Assembly: GCA_964016885.1 (NCBI GenBank)
Contig: OZ024740.1
Coordinates: 168,578,001-168,642,000 of the forward strand
Source: Eledone cirrhosa
Taxonomy: Eukaryota
DNA length: 64,000 bases
Reading direction: 5' to 3'
The notes beneath the pieces are model-generated. The model saw only the letters and a program-made list of their open reading frames with translations, ran no database searches and had not been told where the DNA came from. The position numbers and the translations under genes were made by a program. Positions 1 through 13,556 of this stretch are shown piece by piece (the first letter of the stretch is position 1; each line of letters opens with the position of its first letter).

Positions 1-409
1 TACCGTAGGGGATAGAAACAAGCTTCAAAAATTATTCTGTTTAGCATAAGCTAGGTGAATATATGAGCGCTTAGAGAATAGAACCTACACGAACGAGGGC
101 TATGAGCAGAGAGAGAAAAATATAGCGTTCGTGAGTGCAGGATGAAATGAAGAGAAGAGGGAGAAAAACAGTGAGTGAGTGAAAGTGTGAGGAAGAGTTA
201 ACGGACAAGACAGAGGGGGAGAAACAGAGAGAATGGGGGAACAGTAAGAGAGAGAGAAAAAAACACAGAATCGCAGTGGTAAATATATGTATTAAAATAT
301 AGAGAGAAATACTGCAGGTAGCACATGGATAACATGTAATAAAATAAGTCCCTCATCAGTGATTTGCCGAAGATCATAGATATTTCAATATATATATTTA
401 TATATATAT

Positions 410-587
410 CCCACACTGTAAATGTGGTTGGTGTTAGGAAGGGCATCCAGCTGTAGAAAACCCGCCAGACAGTCCTATGCGAGCAAGACAACCACTCTTG
501 CCTCAAGTGGGAAAACCCCCGTCCAAACCCATGCAAGCGTGGAACAGGGACGTTAAACGATGATGATGATGATGATGATGATGATGT
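410..587 (+). mobile_element. RTE LINE family B, 3' end only
   Basis: Matches the 3' UTR of the RT-bearing copies at 5925-7760 and 59596-63163 (ggttggtgttaggaagggcatccagctgtagaaa...cccatgcaagcgtggaac...gacgttaaac); ends in (GAT)n. Confidence 0.9.
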
Positions 588-736
588 GTATATATATATA
601 TATATACAAGCAAATTATATACGTAAACATGTAAGTATGTTTTTGAAATGGTGCGCGAGTTTGAAATTAGATATTAGAAATTATAAGCTTTCACCGTATT
701 TTAGACCAAAGAAATTTCTAGCCTGATAGTGGGGTT

Positions 737-737
<1 letters not shown>

Positions 738-771
<34 letters not shown>

Positions 772-966
772 ATGTATATGTATATATATATGTATATATA
801 TGTATATATATGTTTATATATATGTATATATATATATGTATATATATGTTTATATATATATGTATATATATATATGTATATATATGTTTATATATATATA
901 TATGTTTATATATATATATGTATATATATGTATATATGTATATATATGTATATATGTATATATATG

Positions 967-1039
<73 letters not shown>

Positions 1040-1060
1040 GTATATGTATATATATTATAT
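738..1060. repeat. Interrupted (TA)n microsatellite tract
   Basis: TA dinucleotides with periodic G/TT interruptions; abuts the 5' truncation of an RTE. Confidence 0.95.
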
Positions 1061-1065
1061 GTTTG

Positions 1066-2384
1066 GGTTGGGGTCCACCAGGGCTCTGTTCTTAGCCCTC
1101 TCCTGTTCATCATAGTCCTGCAGGCAATAACGGAGGAGTTTAAGACCGGATGCCCATGGGAACTCCTGTATGCTGATGACCTCGCACTCATAGCTGAATC
1201 TATGGTAGAACTAGAGAATAAATTCCAAACCTGGAAGCAGGGACTAGAGAGAAAGGGTCTCAAAGTCGACATGACCAAGACTAAGGTCCTTGTAAGTAGA
1301 CGAGAAAACAGAACCCAGATCCCCTTCTGCCCCAAATGCAAACAATGGGTACACAAGAGATGTAGCGGGATCTCAGGAAGCTTAATTAAGAATGTAGGAT
1401 TCACATGCAGCAGCTGTGCTGAAACAGCAAGCAGCAAACAGCCACAGGAAACAAGTACCACCAATCTCTGGGAGAGCCCTGTAGAAACAGTAGACAGCTT
1501 CTGCTACCTAGGTGACCGAATTAGCAACGGAGGTGGGTGTTCAGAAAGTACAATAACTAGGGTAAGAACGGGATGGAAGAAGTTTAGGGAACTACTACCA
1601 CTGCTAGCTGCAAAAGGCTTCTCCCTCAGAATGAAAGGCAGACTGTATGATGCGTGTATCTGAACAGCGATGTTGCATGGTAGTGAGACCTGGGCGCTGA
1701 AGGTGGAAGACTTACGTAGATTAGAGAGAAACGAAGCCTGCATGCTCCGATGGATGTGTAACAGTAATATACGTGAACGACAAAGCATAAATGAATTGAG
1801 AGAGAGACTGAGTATAAGAGGAATCAAATGCTGTGTGCAGGAGAGGCGGTTGCGCTGGTATGGACATGTGATGCGTATGAAGGATGACAGCTGCATAAAA
1901 AGGTGCAGAGCACTAGAAGTTGATGGAAACCGCGGAGTGGGGAGACCCAAGATGACCTGGGATGAGGTGATAAAAGCCGACCTTACCCAATTACACCTCT
2001 CAAAGAAAACGACACACGACCGTGACTTCTGGCGTCACGCAGTAATACAGAGTACCCGACCTCCCATGGGTACATGCTGAAGCATACAAACAATATTCCC
2101 CCCCCCCCCCACCGCAAGGTGGTCGTGGAGGTGCCACGGCAAAAAAGCACCCAGCCCACACTGTAAAGTGGATGTGTAGGCGCCACGAAAAAGCACCCAG
2201 CACTCACTGTAAATGAGGTTGGTGTTAGGAAGGGCATCCAGCTGTAGAAATCAAGCCAGATCAGTTCCTGTATGAGCAAGGCATGGTCAGCTGACCAGAC
2301 ACTGCACACAACAGGACAACCCGTCTAACCCATGCTAGCGTGGAAGAACGGACGTAAAACGGTGATGATGATGATGATGATGAT
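1066..2384 (+). mobile_element. RTE LINE family A, 5'-truncated and defective (RT C-terminal half, 3' UTR, (GAT)n tail)
   Basis: [44 protein letters not shown] motifs; in-frame TGA at 1661-1663 where the sister copy has CGA; deletion removes the first half of the zinc finger. Confidence 0.95.
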
Positions 2385-2481
2385 ATATATATGTTTATAT
2401 ATATATATATATGTTTATATATATATACATGTTTATATATATATATATGTTTATATATATATATATGTTTATATATGTATG

Positions 2482-2516
<35 letters not shown>

Positions 2517-2543
2517 GTGTATATATATATATGTATATATATG

Positions 2544-2576
<33 letters not shown>

Positions 2577-2604
2577 GTATATATGTATATATATGTATAT
2601 ACAT

Positions 2605-3330
2605 ATAGGCAAACTAACAGGTAGGGAGAAATATGTATGCAGTAGATGTACAGGGAAATTAGACAGTAGAAGTCGCACTGATAGACACATTTTTCAAATG
2701 CGAGAGGGCGCTATAGAAGTGGTGGATAGCTTCCGGTACCTAGGAGATCAGATTAGCATGGGAGGAGGGTGTTCCGAGTCCATAGTATCTAGAATAAGGA
2801 CGGGTTGGAAGAAGTTTAGGGAGCTGCTTCCTCTGTTGACGAAGAAGGGTTTCTCCCTGCGTACGAAAGGCCGGTTGTATGATGCCTGTGTGAGGAGCGC
2901 GATGCTGCATGGTAGTGAGACATGGGCAGCAACCGCAGAGGATATGCGACAGCTGGAGAGAAATGAGGCAAGCATGCTCCGTTGGATGTGCAGTGTAAAT
3001 GTGTGTGAACGACCCAGCATAAATGTGTTGAGAGAGAAACTGTCTGAGAGGGATAGAATGTAGTGTACGGGAGAGGAGACTGAGGTGGTATGGACATGTG
3101 ATGCGCATGGAGGATGACCGATGGGTGAAGAAGTGCCAGGAAATGCCAGTTGAAGGAAGACGTGGTAGAGGTAGACCACGAAAAACATGGGCGGAGGTGG
3201 TGAGAACAGACCTCAGATCATTGAAGCTCACGGTGGAGATGACGAGTGGAGAGATGCTGTGCTGAATAAGACCCGTCCCACCCTTGCAAGCAGGGAAAAG
3301 CGGACGTAAAATGATGATGATGATGATGAT
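2605..3330 (+). mobile_element. RTE LINE family C, 5'-truncated
   Basis: YVCSRC...DSFRYLG...LHGSETW...WYGHV; coding end [13 protein letters not shown] runs straight into the (GAT)n tail; flanked by (TA)n on both sides. Confidence 0.9.
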
Positions 3331-3353
3331 ATACATATATACATACATATACA

Positions 3354-3403
<50 letters not shown>

Positions 3404-3408
3404 CATAC

Positions 3409-3494
<86 letters not shown>

Positions 3495-3595
3495 GTGTGA
3501 ATGAAGTAATTCCGTCGGAGAAGTCCAGGAACAAAGAGTGCTCTATGTAGGTAACAGAGCTTAATAGTTATGTAATAAACAACATAAGGCAATTA

Positions 3596-3656
3596 TTTCA
3601 TTTACCAGTGGTTTCTTAAAAGCAAACAAATTTTGCTTTCAATCATCAGAATGAAA
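3596..3656 (-). ncRNA. Type I hammerhead ribozyme (minimal, PLE-type)
   Basis: Minus strand: tttcatt-CTGATGA-ttgaaagcaaa/tttgcttttaa-GAAA-ccactgg-TA-aatgaaa; 7-bp stem I, ~11-bp stem II, intact core, GUA cleavage triplet. Confidence 0.85.
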
Positions 3657-3740
3657 AAATCCTGGTGTATTTATTGTCATTGGATTTTAAAAACAAAAAT
3701 ATAATCTATATGAAAGTGAGGCTGTTAAAGGAAGAAGGAA

Positions 3741-3757
3741 ATACATATATATACATA

Positions 3758-3815
<58 letters not shown>

Positions 3816-3907
3816 CATATATACATATATATGTATATATATATATATACATATATATTACATATATATATATATACATACATATATATACATATACATA
3901 TATATAT

Positions 3908-3942
<35 letters not shown>

Positions 3943-3956
3943 CGTATATATATATA

Positions 3957-3988
<32 letters not shown>

Positions 3989-4022
3989 AATATATATATA
4001 TAAATATATATATATAAATATA
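3741..4022. repeat. Interrupted (TA)n tract
   Basis: Direct observation. Confidence 0.95.
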
Positions 4023-4028
4023 TTTATT

Positions 4029-4353
4029 TCATCATTTCATTTCATTTTACGTCCACTTTTCCCTGCTTGCAAGGGTGGGACGGGAACTGATTCTGGCATG
4101 ATTTCTACAGCTGGATGCCCTTCCTAACACCAACCTCATTTACAATGAGTGCTGGGTGCTTTTTTTGCCGTGGCATCTCCACGACCACTTTGCAGTGGAA
4201 TGATAGGAACCCCAGTCCCTATCATCTCATTTCTACAGCTGAGTAAACTGGAGCACCGTGAAACAAGGAAACAACACATCAGCCGGTCTGAGAATTGAAC
4301 TCACAACCTTTCGATTGCAAGGCCAATGCTCTAACCACTAAGCCAGTGCCTCC
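4029..4353 (-). mobile_element. tRNA-headed SINE with CORE-like domain and RTE-derived tail
   Basis: Reverse complement of the copies at 19404 and 20436, with an internal deletion; A box TGGCTTAGTGG, B box-like GAGTTCAATTC. Confidence 0.9.
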
Positions 4354-4553
4354 ATATATATATATAAATATATTTAATACATTAACAGAGAAAGCTTTAA
4401 GCAATACTCTGACTGGCTTCCATCTCACTCAACAAACATTAGGATATACCTTAGTATAATCCCAATTTTACGTTTAGGGTGCTAACTATATGTATCTTGC
4501 GGATAGCCAGTTGTATTATTTTCTATGAGACATAATTAAAATACATCTCCCTT

Positions 4554-4675
4554 TCCAAACAATTGTTTCATTATAAGTTTTCTACAAGTTGGGAAAAATG
4601 TGTCCAGGTTATGTAGAAGCCTACACATAGTCCGTAGGAATATATGCAGGTGGGCATTTATAAATCATCAGTGGA
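4554..4675 (-). ncRNA. Hammerhead ribozyme with branched, extended stem II (within repeat ~4378-4745)
   Basis: tcca-CTGATGA-tttataa...ttataat-GAAA-caattg-TT-tgga; homologous copy at 63355-63479. Confidence 0.7.
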
Positions 4676-5924
4676 TGCCCGTCAAACATCGATATAACAA
4701 AAATTTTTTTACCGATATCCAATGTTCAGCGATGGTTCCCCTCTATACATAAATATATAAATATATATATATATATGTATATATACACATATATATACAC
4801 AATACAAAGAAATACACAGTCACGTGCGAATACATACATATACATGCATATACCCACATATATCCCTGAATTTGTGTGGTGCCAACCTTGACCGTTGTTC
4901 CTCTATGAATAATAGGGGCAAAATAATCTGAATGGATTAGATTGATTCAATATCAGAGCTATATAATACATTATAATGAAAGAAGAAACATTAGATATAA
5001 ATGAAAAAATATAATATACCTAAATTCCTTCATTATCCTCGACTACATAGTTTCGTGGCTACTTTGCAAAAACATTACATCATAGAGATATATATAGAAG
5101 TGATTCTAATAAAACCCTGCCAGGTTCTGCGGGTAGACTACACTTACAAAGATCATTGATTTGGGGATCTGACTCTTCATGTAAAATATTCAGTTGTGGC
5201 ACTCTATGATAGAAGGTAATTCATCCTAATATGAACACCTTTAGTACTTCTTGATAGACTACACCGTAATTTATAGATAAGATACTTAAATTTAGAAACT
5301 GTTTATAACCTTATATGATAGGGACTCATTTGAGACACCATTTAATGTACATTAGGATAATAAATTTAGTTATAGAAAACAGCTAGTTACCTCCCCTCAC
5401 GCATTAACTCCCCTTAATCACACACACACTTCCGGAAAATAATACGACGTCAATTCTCGCAACAAAAACAACCTGCTCTATAAAATTGGATTAAAGAACA
5501 ACAAGCTGTAATATTCTAACATAATTCATCAAGCATCCAATATTGAATCATCGTAGATTATGTGAATGACATATAATCTATATATTACGTTTCCTGGATT
5601 GTGAAAATGGTGGTGTACACGAAAACCTTAACATTGCTTTTGCTTCTCATTTTTAATATTTCTCTACACACAAGCTTCTATATCATACATATAAAAAAAT
5701 ACTTTACCAATACAACCCCCATAATACTCTTGATTGTCCGCTTAAAGTGCTTGTATTACATATAACACCCTGCCGCACTATAATCTTATATAAATAAGAC
5801 ACACGTGCATGCCCCACGTGTAACTATTACATACACTAACTTCTTCAAACTATCCTCTTGCTTTATCTTCGTAAACTGCCAATGTTGTATTTTAACTTTA
5901 ATTTTGTTCTTTAATATGACTTTA

Positions 5925-7760
5925 ATCATCATCATCATCATCATCAACGTTTAACGTCCGTGTTCCACGCTTGCATGGGTTTGGACGGGGGTAGTCCCAC
6001 TTGAGGCAAGAGTGATTGTCTTGCTCGCATAGGACTGTCTGGCAGGTTTTCTACAGTTGGATGCCCTTCCTAACACCAACCACATTTACAGTGTGGGTCT
6101 GGGAGGTTTTTACCGTGTTGCCTACACGGCCACATTACAGCGTGGACTGTGTGTTTTTTTGTCGTGACACCTACACGATCTCATTTGTTTCGGCCTGGAT
6201 GGCGCGGCACCAACATAACTTTACATAGGACGGGGTGGTGTGGATGGGGTGGGGGTGGTGGTGGTGGGGCGGGGTGTATTTTGTTAGAGATGCCTACTGG
6301 CTGGAGTAGGTTTTACTATATATTTAGGTAAGGCGGGTCTTCTCTGTTACTGAGTACCGCCAAAGGTCTCAGTCCAGTGACATTGTCTTGGAGAGGTGTA
6401 AGTGTGTGATGTCGGAGTTTATCAGCTCGTCCCAGGTTTTCTAGGTCTGCCTATTCCGTGACTACCGTCTATCTTTATTGCCCTGCACTTTGTTATACAG
6501 CTATCGACTTTCATGCGCATCACGTGTCCATACCAACGTAGCCTTCTCTCGAGTAAACAACATCTGATCCCTCTTATCTCTAATTTTTTCCTTAGTTCGT
6601 TTATGCTTTGCCGTTCACGTATATTACTGTTACACATCCAGCGGAGCATGCAAGCTTCGTTCCTCTCTAGTCTGCGTATATCCTCTGCACACAATGCCCA
6701 GGTCTCACTGCCATGCAGCATTGCTGTTCGTATGCAGGCATCGTACAACCTGCCTTTCATTTTTAGGGAGAACCCTTTAGCAGCTAATAGTGGTATAAGC
6801 TCTCTGAACTTTTTCCAACCAGTTCTGACTCTAGCTACAGTACTTTCAGAGCACCCTCCCCCACTGCTGATTTTATCGCCCAGGTAACGGAAGCTGTCCA
6901 CTATTTCTATAGAACCCTCTGCGCAATTGAAAGAGCTAGTATTTTGTGGGCACTTGCTGCTACTTATTGCACTAGAACACCGGCCACATGTAAAATCTAT
7001 GTTCTTAGTTAGCTTACCTGTGATCCCACTACATCTTTTATGCACCCATACTTTGCATTTAGGACATAAAATGGAGTTTCTACCTACGCCTTTCCTACAC
7101 ACCGAGCACGACCATTTCCCAGAAGGGACCGCCGCCTTGTTTTCTTTCCGACAAACTAGAACTTTGGTCTTAGCCAGGTTAATTTTAAGTCCTTTTGACT
7201 CTAGGCCGTGCTTCCATGTTTGGAATTTCTTCTCTAGCTCGGCCATTGATTCCGCTATGAGTGTCAGGTCGTCTGCGTATAGGAGTTCCCATGGGCAGCC
7301 TGTCTTGAACTCCTCTGTTATAGCCTGAAGGGCAATAATAAATAGTAGGGGGCTGAGAACAGAGCCCTGATGGACGCCAACTTTTACGCTGAACTCTTCA
7401 CTATATTCGTTGTTAATTCTAACCTTGCTGACTGTTTCTTTATACATGGCTTGTATAGCCCTCACAAGCCATTTATCAATGCCTAGTTTTCTAAGAGCCC
7501 ACCAGATAATGGAGCGGGGGACTCTGTCGAAGGCTTTCTCCAAGTCGACAAAAGCTAAGTAGAGGGGTTTACCTTTAGCTAGGTACTTCTCCTGTAGTTG
7601 TCGTACTATGAAAAGAGCGTCTGTGGTACTTTTGTCTGACACAAACCCGAACTGCATTTCATCTAGGTCAATTCTCTCTCTGATTAGTTGCGCTATTACT
7701 TTTTCCGTGACCTTCATGACCTGGTCGATTAATTTAATGCCTCTATAGTTACTCCTATCT
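5925..7760 (-). mobile_element. RTE LINE family B, 5'-truncated (RT, 3' UTR, tail)
   Basis: ORF 6422-7717 with [30 protein letters not shown]; frameshift near the C-terminus; (ATC)n at 5925. Confidence 0.95.
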
Positions 7761-7879
7761 TGTAAATTGCCATGCTAAAATATTATACTGGATGTCAACC
7801 CACTGTGCATCAATATATACATATGTTTCTGTATGTCTCTTGTGTTGAAAAGGAGGTCATGTATGTAAACATTGAAAAA

Positions 7880-7928
7880 TTGCTCCGAAGACTCCAAACC
7901 TCGGTTTGGAAGAAACAATTGTAAGCGA
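7880..7928 (+). ncRNA. Hammerhead-like ribozyme, U4C variant
   Basis: ttgct-CCGAAGA-ctccaaacc-tc-ggtttggaa-GAAA-caattg-TA-agcga; palindromic stem III; followed by aataaa. Confidence 0.65.
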
Positions 7929-8131
7929 ATAAATGGTTTAAACAGAACTTTGATTCATGTAATTAATTTCTATATAACTGCTCTGTAGAACAACTGATGT
8001 TATTACATTGAGCTATTTATCTTACTGGTAATAAGGTAGTAATAAATTACTGTCTTTCACTATTTAGGGTTTTAAATATATATAACTATAAAAGGTTTTA
8101 GTATATACATAACCATAAATAGTATCCTTAA

Positions 8132-8202
<71 letters not shown>

Positions 8203-8214
8203 TATATGTATATG

Positions 8215-8248
<34 letters not shown>

Positions 8249-8258
8249 TATGTATATG

Positions 8259-8290
<32 letters not shown>

Positions 8291-8399
8291 TATATGTATA
8301 TGTATATGTATATATATATGTATATATATATATCATAAAATATGTATATGTATATATATATGTATATATATATATATCATAAAACATGTCTATATAATC

Positions 8400-9960
8400 A
8401 GAAGATAAAATATATACCATTTCCTCTCCCAATTAGCATAATTAACTATATAAAAAAATCGAATAGACCGGGCTATAATACCTTTGCTTTATCAATGTGC
8501 TTTTCCACGTATTCCACCTCTATGTATCCATGTATCCTCCTATTGGGACTTTTGCTCACTTGTACCCATTAGCACACAACACTAGAATGTCTCCCCCTGA
8601 GAACAAAAATAAATAATACCCGACTATATCCCTTACTATACATCCCGCTAGGATAAATTATAGATCTACATAATACAATTAACGTCTCTTCATAAAAGAC
8701 TCTCTTTAACTAAAACCCGCAACCCAAAACCTTAAAAAAGTTTTTTTTAAATGTTTAATTTTCAATTTTCTGTTTGTTCAATTCTCAATCCTCTTACTCT
8801 TTAATTTTATAGTGTTATTCTGAATTCCTTCAACTTCATCCTATAAATTTAAACAATATTTTAACGTTCCAACTTTCTGTCGGACTGTTGGGCAGGAACT
8901 CCTGGCGGCCGGAACGGCCCCCTGGCGCATAGGCCTACCTTGAGTGCTTGGAAAAATAAATTTCCCCTTCTTTCGGTAAATGAAACTACTCGGAGTGGCC
9001 TGATTCGCCCCTGGGGCCCGGAGCGCGGCCGATTTTTTAACTGCCACATAGTACCTTTAAATTACAGATCAAATCAGAACTATTGGATATATCAACCTCA
9101 AAATGTTAAACTGTTTAACTTTAAATTTTCTAATTTCCTTGATATTGAATATTAATTATTAATTTTTAACTTCATCCTATAAGTCTAAACAAAAACGTAA
9201 CGTTCCAATCTTCTGCTCACACATTATAACACACTGACCCCCACTATATTTACCTCTGCTAAGATACGGGTCCGTGTGAAAATTTTTTCACGCCACTCCT
9301 GGCCTGACTGTCGTCTGACATTAATATCGACCTTTTTTCCTCTTTCTTTATATCTTTCTTCTTGTAGCCATCAACCCTGACTTTTCTACTTCTTCCTTTT
9401 CCTCCTTCTCTTCTCCCTTCTTTCTGTCGTCCTCCCGCAGACTTATCTTCCTTCCCCTTTTTGTTTGCCTATATTTGACCGGTAGTAGTTGAAAAGATAG
9501 GGGTCCCTTAGAATAAAAACATTTCTTCGCGACAATCCTGGCCTGACTGTAATACCGACCTTTCCTCCTCTTTCTTTCTGTCTTTCTTCTTATAGCTGAC
9601 ATTAACCCTGGCTTCTCTTCTTCCTTCCCCCTTCTTCTCTCTTCTTCCTTTCTTTCTTTTTTCTTGTGGCATGAGATTAACGCTAACTTATGTTCCCATC
9701 CCTTCCTTTATCTGACCGGTAGTAGCACACTGTAAGCTTTAGTCATGTCACTTGAGGGCGACCGGCAAAGGTAAAAGGTGCTGAATAGCGGTCGCCCTCG
9801 GGTCCTCGATTTTCAGCCCCATGGATTTTATCTATTACATTCACGTATTATATTTTGAATACCTGATGATATCACCGGATTCATACGGAACCCGGCCATT
9901 GAAATGATCATAGTATAATAAACCTTTCAAGGATTTACACAAATCCAGCCTCCTGTCATT
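8400..9960 (+). mobile_element. Non-coding PLE-like 3' region ending in a hammerhead
   Basis: Bounded by (TA)n tracts; internal duplications (8833/9168; 9297/9537); GC-rich patch 8880-9035; hammerhead fold at 9859-9916. Confidence 0.5.
9859..9916 (+). ncRNA. Hammerhead ribozyme (partly decayed stem II)
   Basis: atac-CTGATGA-...ccggattc/gaacccgg...-GAAA-tgatca-TA-gtat; palindromic TGATCA stem III. Confidence 0.65.
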
Positions 9961-9967
9961 TCATTAT

Positions 9968-10009
9968 TATTATATATATACATATATATATATACATATA
10001 TATATATAC

Positions 10010-10056
<47 letters not shown>

Positions 10057-10243
10057 CATATATATATATACATATATATATACACATATATATATACACA
10101 TATATATATACACATATATATATATACATATATATATACATATATATATACATATATATATACATATATATATATACATATACACATATATATATACATG
10201 TATATATATACATATATATATACATATATATATATATAAATAC

Positions 10244-10294
<51 letters not shown>

Positions 10295-10313
10295 CATATG
10301 TATATATACATAT
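9968..10313. repeat. Interrupted (TA)n tract
   Basis: Direct observation. Confidence 0.95.
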
Positions 10314-12598
10314 ATCATCATCATCATCACCGTTTTACGTCCGTTCTTCCACGCTAGCATGGGTTAGACGGGTTGTCCTGTTGTGGGCAGTGTCTGGTCG
10401 GCTGACCATGCCTTGCTCATACAGGAACTGATCTGGCTTGATTTCTACAGCTGGATGCCCTTCCTAACACCAACCTCATTTACAGTGAGTGCTGGGTGCT
10501 TTTTCGTGGCGCCTACACGTCCACTTTACAGTGTGGGCTGGGTGCTTTTTTGCCGTGGCACCTCCACGACCACCTTGCGGTGGGGGGGGGGGGGGGGGGG
10601 GGGGGCATATCGTTTATATGCTTCAGCATGTACCCATGGGAGGTCGGGTACCCTGTATTACTGCGTGACGCCAGAGGTCACGGTCGTGTGTCATTGACTT
10701 TGAGAGGTGTAGTTGGGTAAGGTCGGCTTTTATCACCTCATTCCAAGTCATCTTGGGTCTCCCCACTCCGCGGTTTCCATCAACTTCTAGTGCTCTGCAC
10801 CTTTTTATGCAGCTGTCATCCTTCATACGCATCACATGTCCATACCAGCGTAACCGCCTCTCCTGCACGCAGCATTTGATTCCTCTTATGCTCAGTCTCT
10901 CTCTCAATTCCTTTATGCTTTGTCGTTCACGTATATTACTGTTACACATCCATCGGAGCATGCAGGCTTCGTTTCTCTCTAATCTACGTAAGTCTTCCAC
11001 CTTCAGCGCCCAGGTCTCACTACCATGCAACATCGCTGTTCGGATACACGCATCATACAGTCTGCCTTTCATTCTGAGGGAGAAGCCTTTTGCAGCTAGC
11101 AGTGGTAGTAGTTCCCTAAACTTCTTCCATCCCGTTCTTACCCTAGTTATTGTACTTTCTGAGCACCCACCTCCGTTGCTAATTCGGTCACCTAGGTAGC
11201 AGAAGCTGTCTACTGTTTCTACAGGGCCCTCCCAGAGATTGGTGGTACTTGTTTCCTGTGGCTGTTTGCTTGCTGTTTCAGCACAGCTGCTGCATGTGAA
11301 TCCTACATTCTTAATTAAGCTTCCTGAGATCCCGCTACATCTCTTGTGTACCCATTGTTTGCATTTGGGGCAAAGAATGGAGTTCCTACCTACACCTTTC
11401 CTACATACTGAGCAAGGCCATTTCCCTGAGGGGATCTGGGTTCTGTTTTCTCGTCTACTTATAAGGACCTTAGTCTTTGTCATGTTGACTTTGAGGCCCT
11501 TTCTCTCTAGTCCCTGCTTCCAGGTTTGGAATTTATTCTCTAGTTCTACCATAGATTCAGCTATGAGTGCGAGGTCATCAGCATACAGGAGTTCCCATGG
11601 GCATCCGGTCTTAAACTCCTCCGTTATTGCCTGCAGGACTATGATGAACAGGAGAGGGCTAAGAACAGAGCCCTGGTGGACCCCAACCTGTACGCTAAAT
11701 TCCTCGCTATACTCATTGCCAATCCTAACTTTGCTGACTGCTCCCCTATACATGGCTTGTACCGTTTTCACAAGCCATTCATCTACTCCTAGTTTTCTAA
11801 GAGCCCACCAGATTACTGCACGTGGAACTCTGTCAAAGGCTTTCTCAAGGTCGACAAATGCCAAGTAGAGTGGCTTACTTTTAGCTAGGTACTTTTCCTG
11901 TAATTGCCTCACAAGGAAGAGGGCATCAGTGGTGCCTTTCCCTGGTACAAACCCAAATTGCATCTCGTCTATATTCACCCGGTCCCTAATCAGCTGTGCT
12001 ATAACTCTTTCTGTTACTTTCATGACCTGGTCCATCAACTTTATACCTCTATAGTTTCCTCTATCTAGTGCATCGCCTTTACCTTTGTAGCAGTTGACAA
12101 TGATGCTACTGCACCAATCTTTTGGTATGGCCCCCTCTAGTATTACCTGGTTAACGATACGTGTGGTTATAGTGTGACCTACAGACCCAGATGCCTTCAG
12201 CATCTCGGCAGCTATACCCGATGGACCGGTTGCCTTCCCTATCTTCATATCTCTGATTGCCTTACTTACTACGCTGCCGCTGACTTGTACTGCTGGTCCC
12301 TCTATAGGGTCTACGTGGGGTAGGGTCCCTTCTTCCCATGCATTCTCCTCATTTAGTAATCTATCATAATGACTCTTCCATGCATCTTTCTTCTCAGCAC
12401 TTGTGAGGGCAAGCTCACCTTTATCATTCCGGATACACTTCTCTCCAATGACATCACAACTATCTCTGACACACTGCCTCGCAATCTTGAATACCTCCTG
12501 TTTCTGGTCCTCACGTTGTAAAACATGCTTGAATTTTCTATCCTCTGCTTCCCTCCTAGCTAAGTATACTTGTCGCCTAGCTTCCCTCTTGGTCTCTA
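10314..12598 (-). mobile_element. RTE LINE family A, 5'-truncated; RT frame open 10623-12598
   Basis: About 650 codons without a stop: YKGKGD...[30 protein letters not shown]4HC3 finger, WYGHV; (GAT)n tail. Confidence 0.97.
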
Positions 12599-12778
12599 TG
12601 TAATATATATATATATACATATATATACATATATGTATATACATATATATACATATATATATATACATATATATATACATATGTATATATATGTGTATAT
12701 ATATGTATATGTACATGTATATATGTACATGTATATATATATGTATATATATGTACATGTATATATGTATATATGTAC

Positions 12779-12810
<32 letters not shown>

Positions 12811-12946
12811 GTACATATATATATATGTATATATGTACATATATATATATATGTATATATGTACATATATATATATATGTATATATGTACATATATATAT
12901 GTATATATTATATATATATATATATGTATATATGTATATATATATG

Positions 12947-12981
<35 letters not shown>

Positions 12982-13012
12982 ATATATATGTATATATATA
13001 TATGTATATATG

Positions 13013-13048
<36 letters not shown>

Positions 13049-13064
13049 AATGTATGTATATATG

Positions 13065-13100
<36 letters not shown>

Positions 13101-13110
13101 AATGTATATA

Positions 13111-13154
<44 letters not shown>

Positions 13155-13248
13155 AATGTATATATATATATATATATAAATGGATATATATATGTATATA
13201 TGTATATACATATATATGTATATATATATGTATATGTATATATATATG

Positions 13249-13298
<50 letters not shown>

Positions 13299-13324
13299 CA
13301 TAATATATATATACATATATATAA

Positions 13325-13360
<36 letters not shown>

Positions 13361-13394
13361 CATATATATACATACATATATATATATATACATA

Positions 13395-13425
<31 letters not shown>

Positions 13426-13429
13426 CATA

Positions 13430-13460
<31 letters not shown>

Positions 13461-13469
13461 CATATATAT

Positions 13470-13501
<32 letters not shown>

Positions 13502-13525
13502 CATACATATATATATATATACATA

Positions 13526-13556
<31 letters not shown>

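Noticed and set aside
1504-1950. Recurrent antisense ORFs in RTE copies (MGLPTPRFP..., MVVLVSCG...)
   Set aside because: Shadow frames of the RT; recurrence just reflects repeat copies and no independent motif is visible
2385-3495. Rule that TA-tract interruption polarity follows the orientation of the adjacent RTE
   Set aside because: Inconsistent: G-type after 2384 and 29221 but C-type after 3330 and 14197
5037-5087. Hammerhead-like GAAA-ctatgtag-TC-gag on the minus strand
   Set aside because: CTGANGA core and stem II too decayed to call
9752-9802. SECIS element
   Set aside because: Hairpin lacks the RUGA/GA quartet geometry
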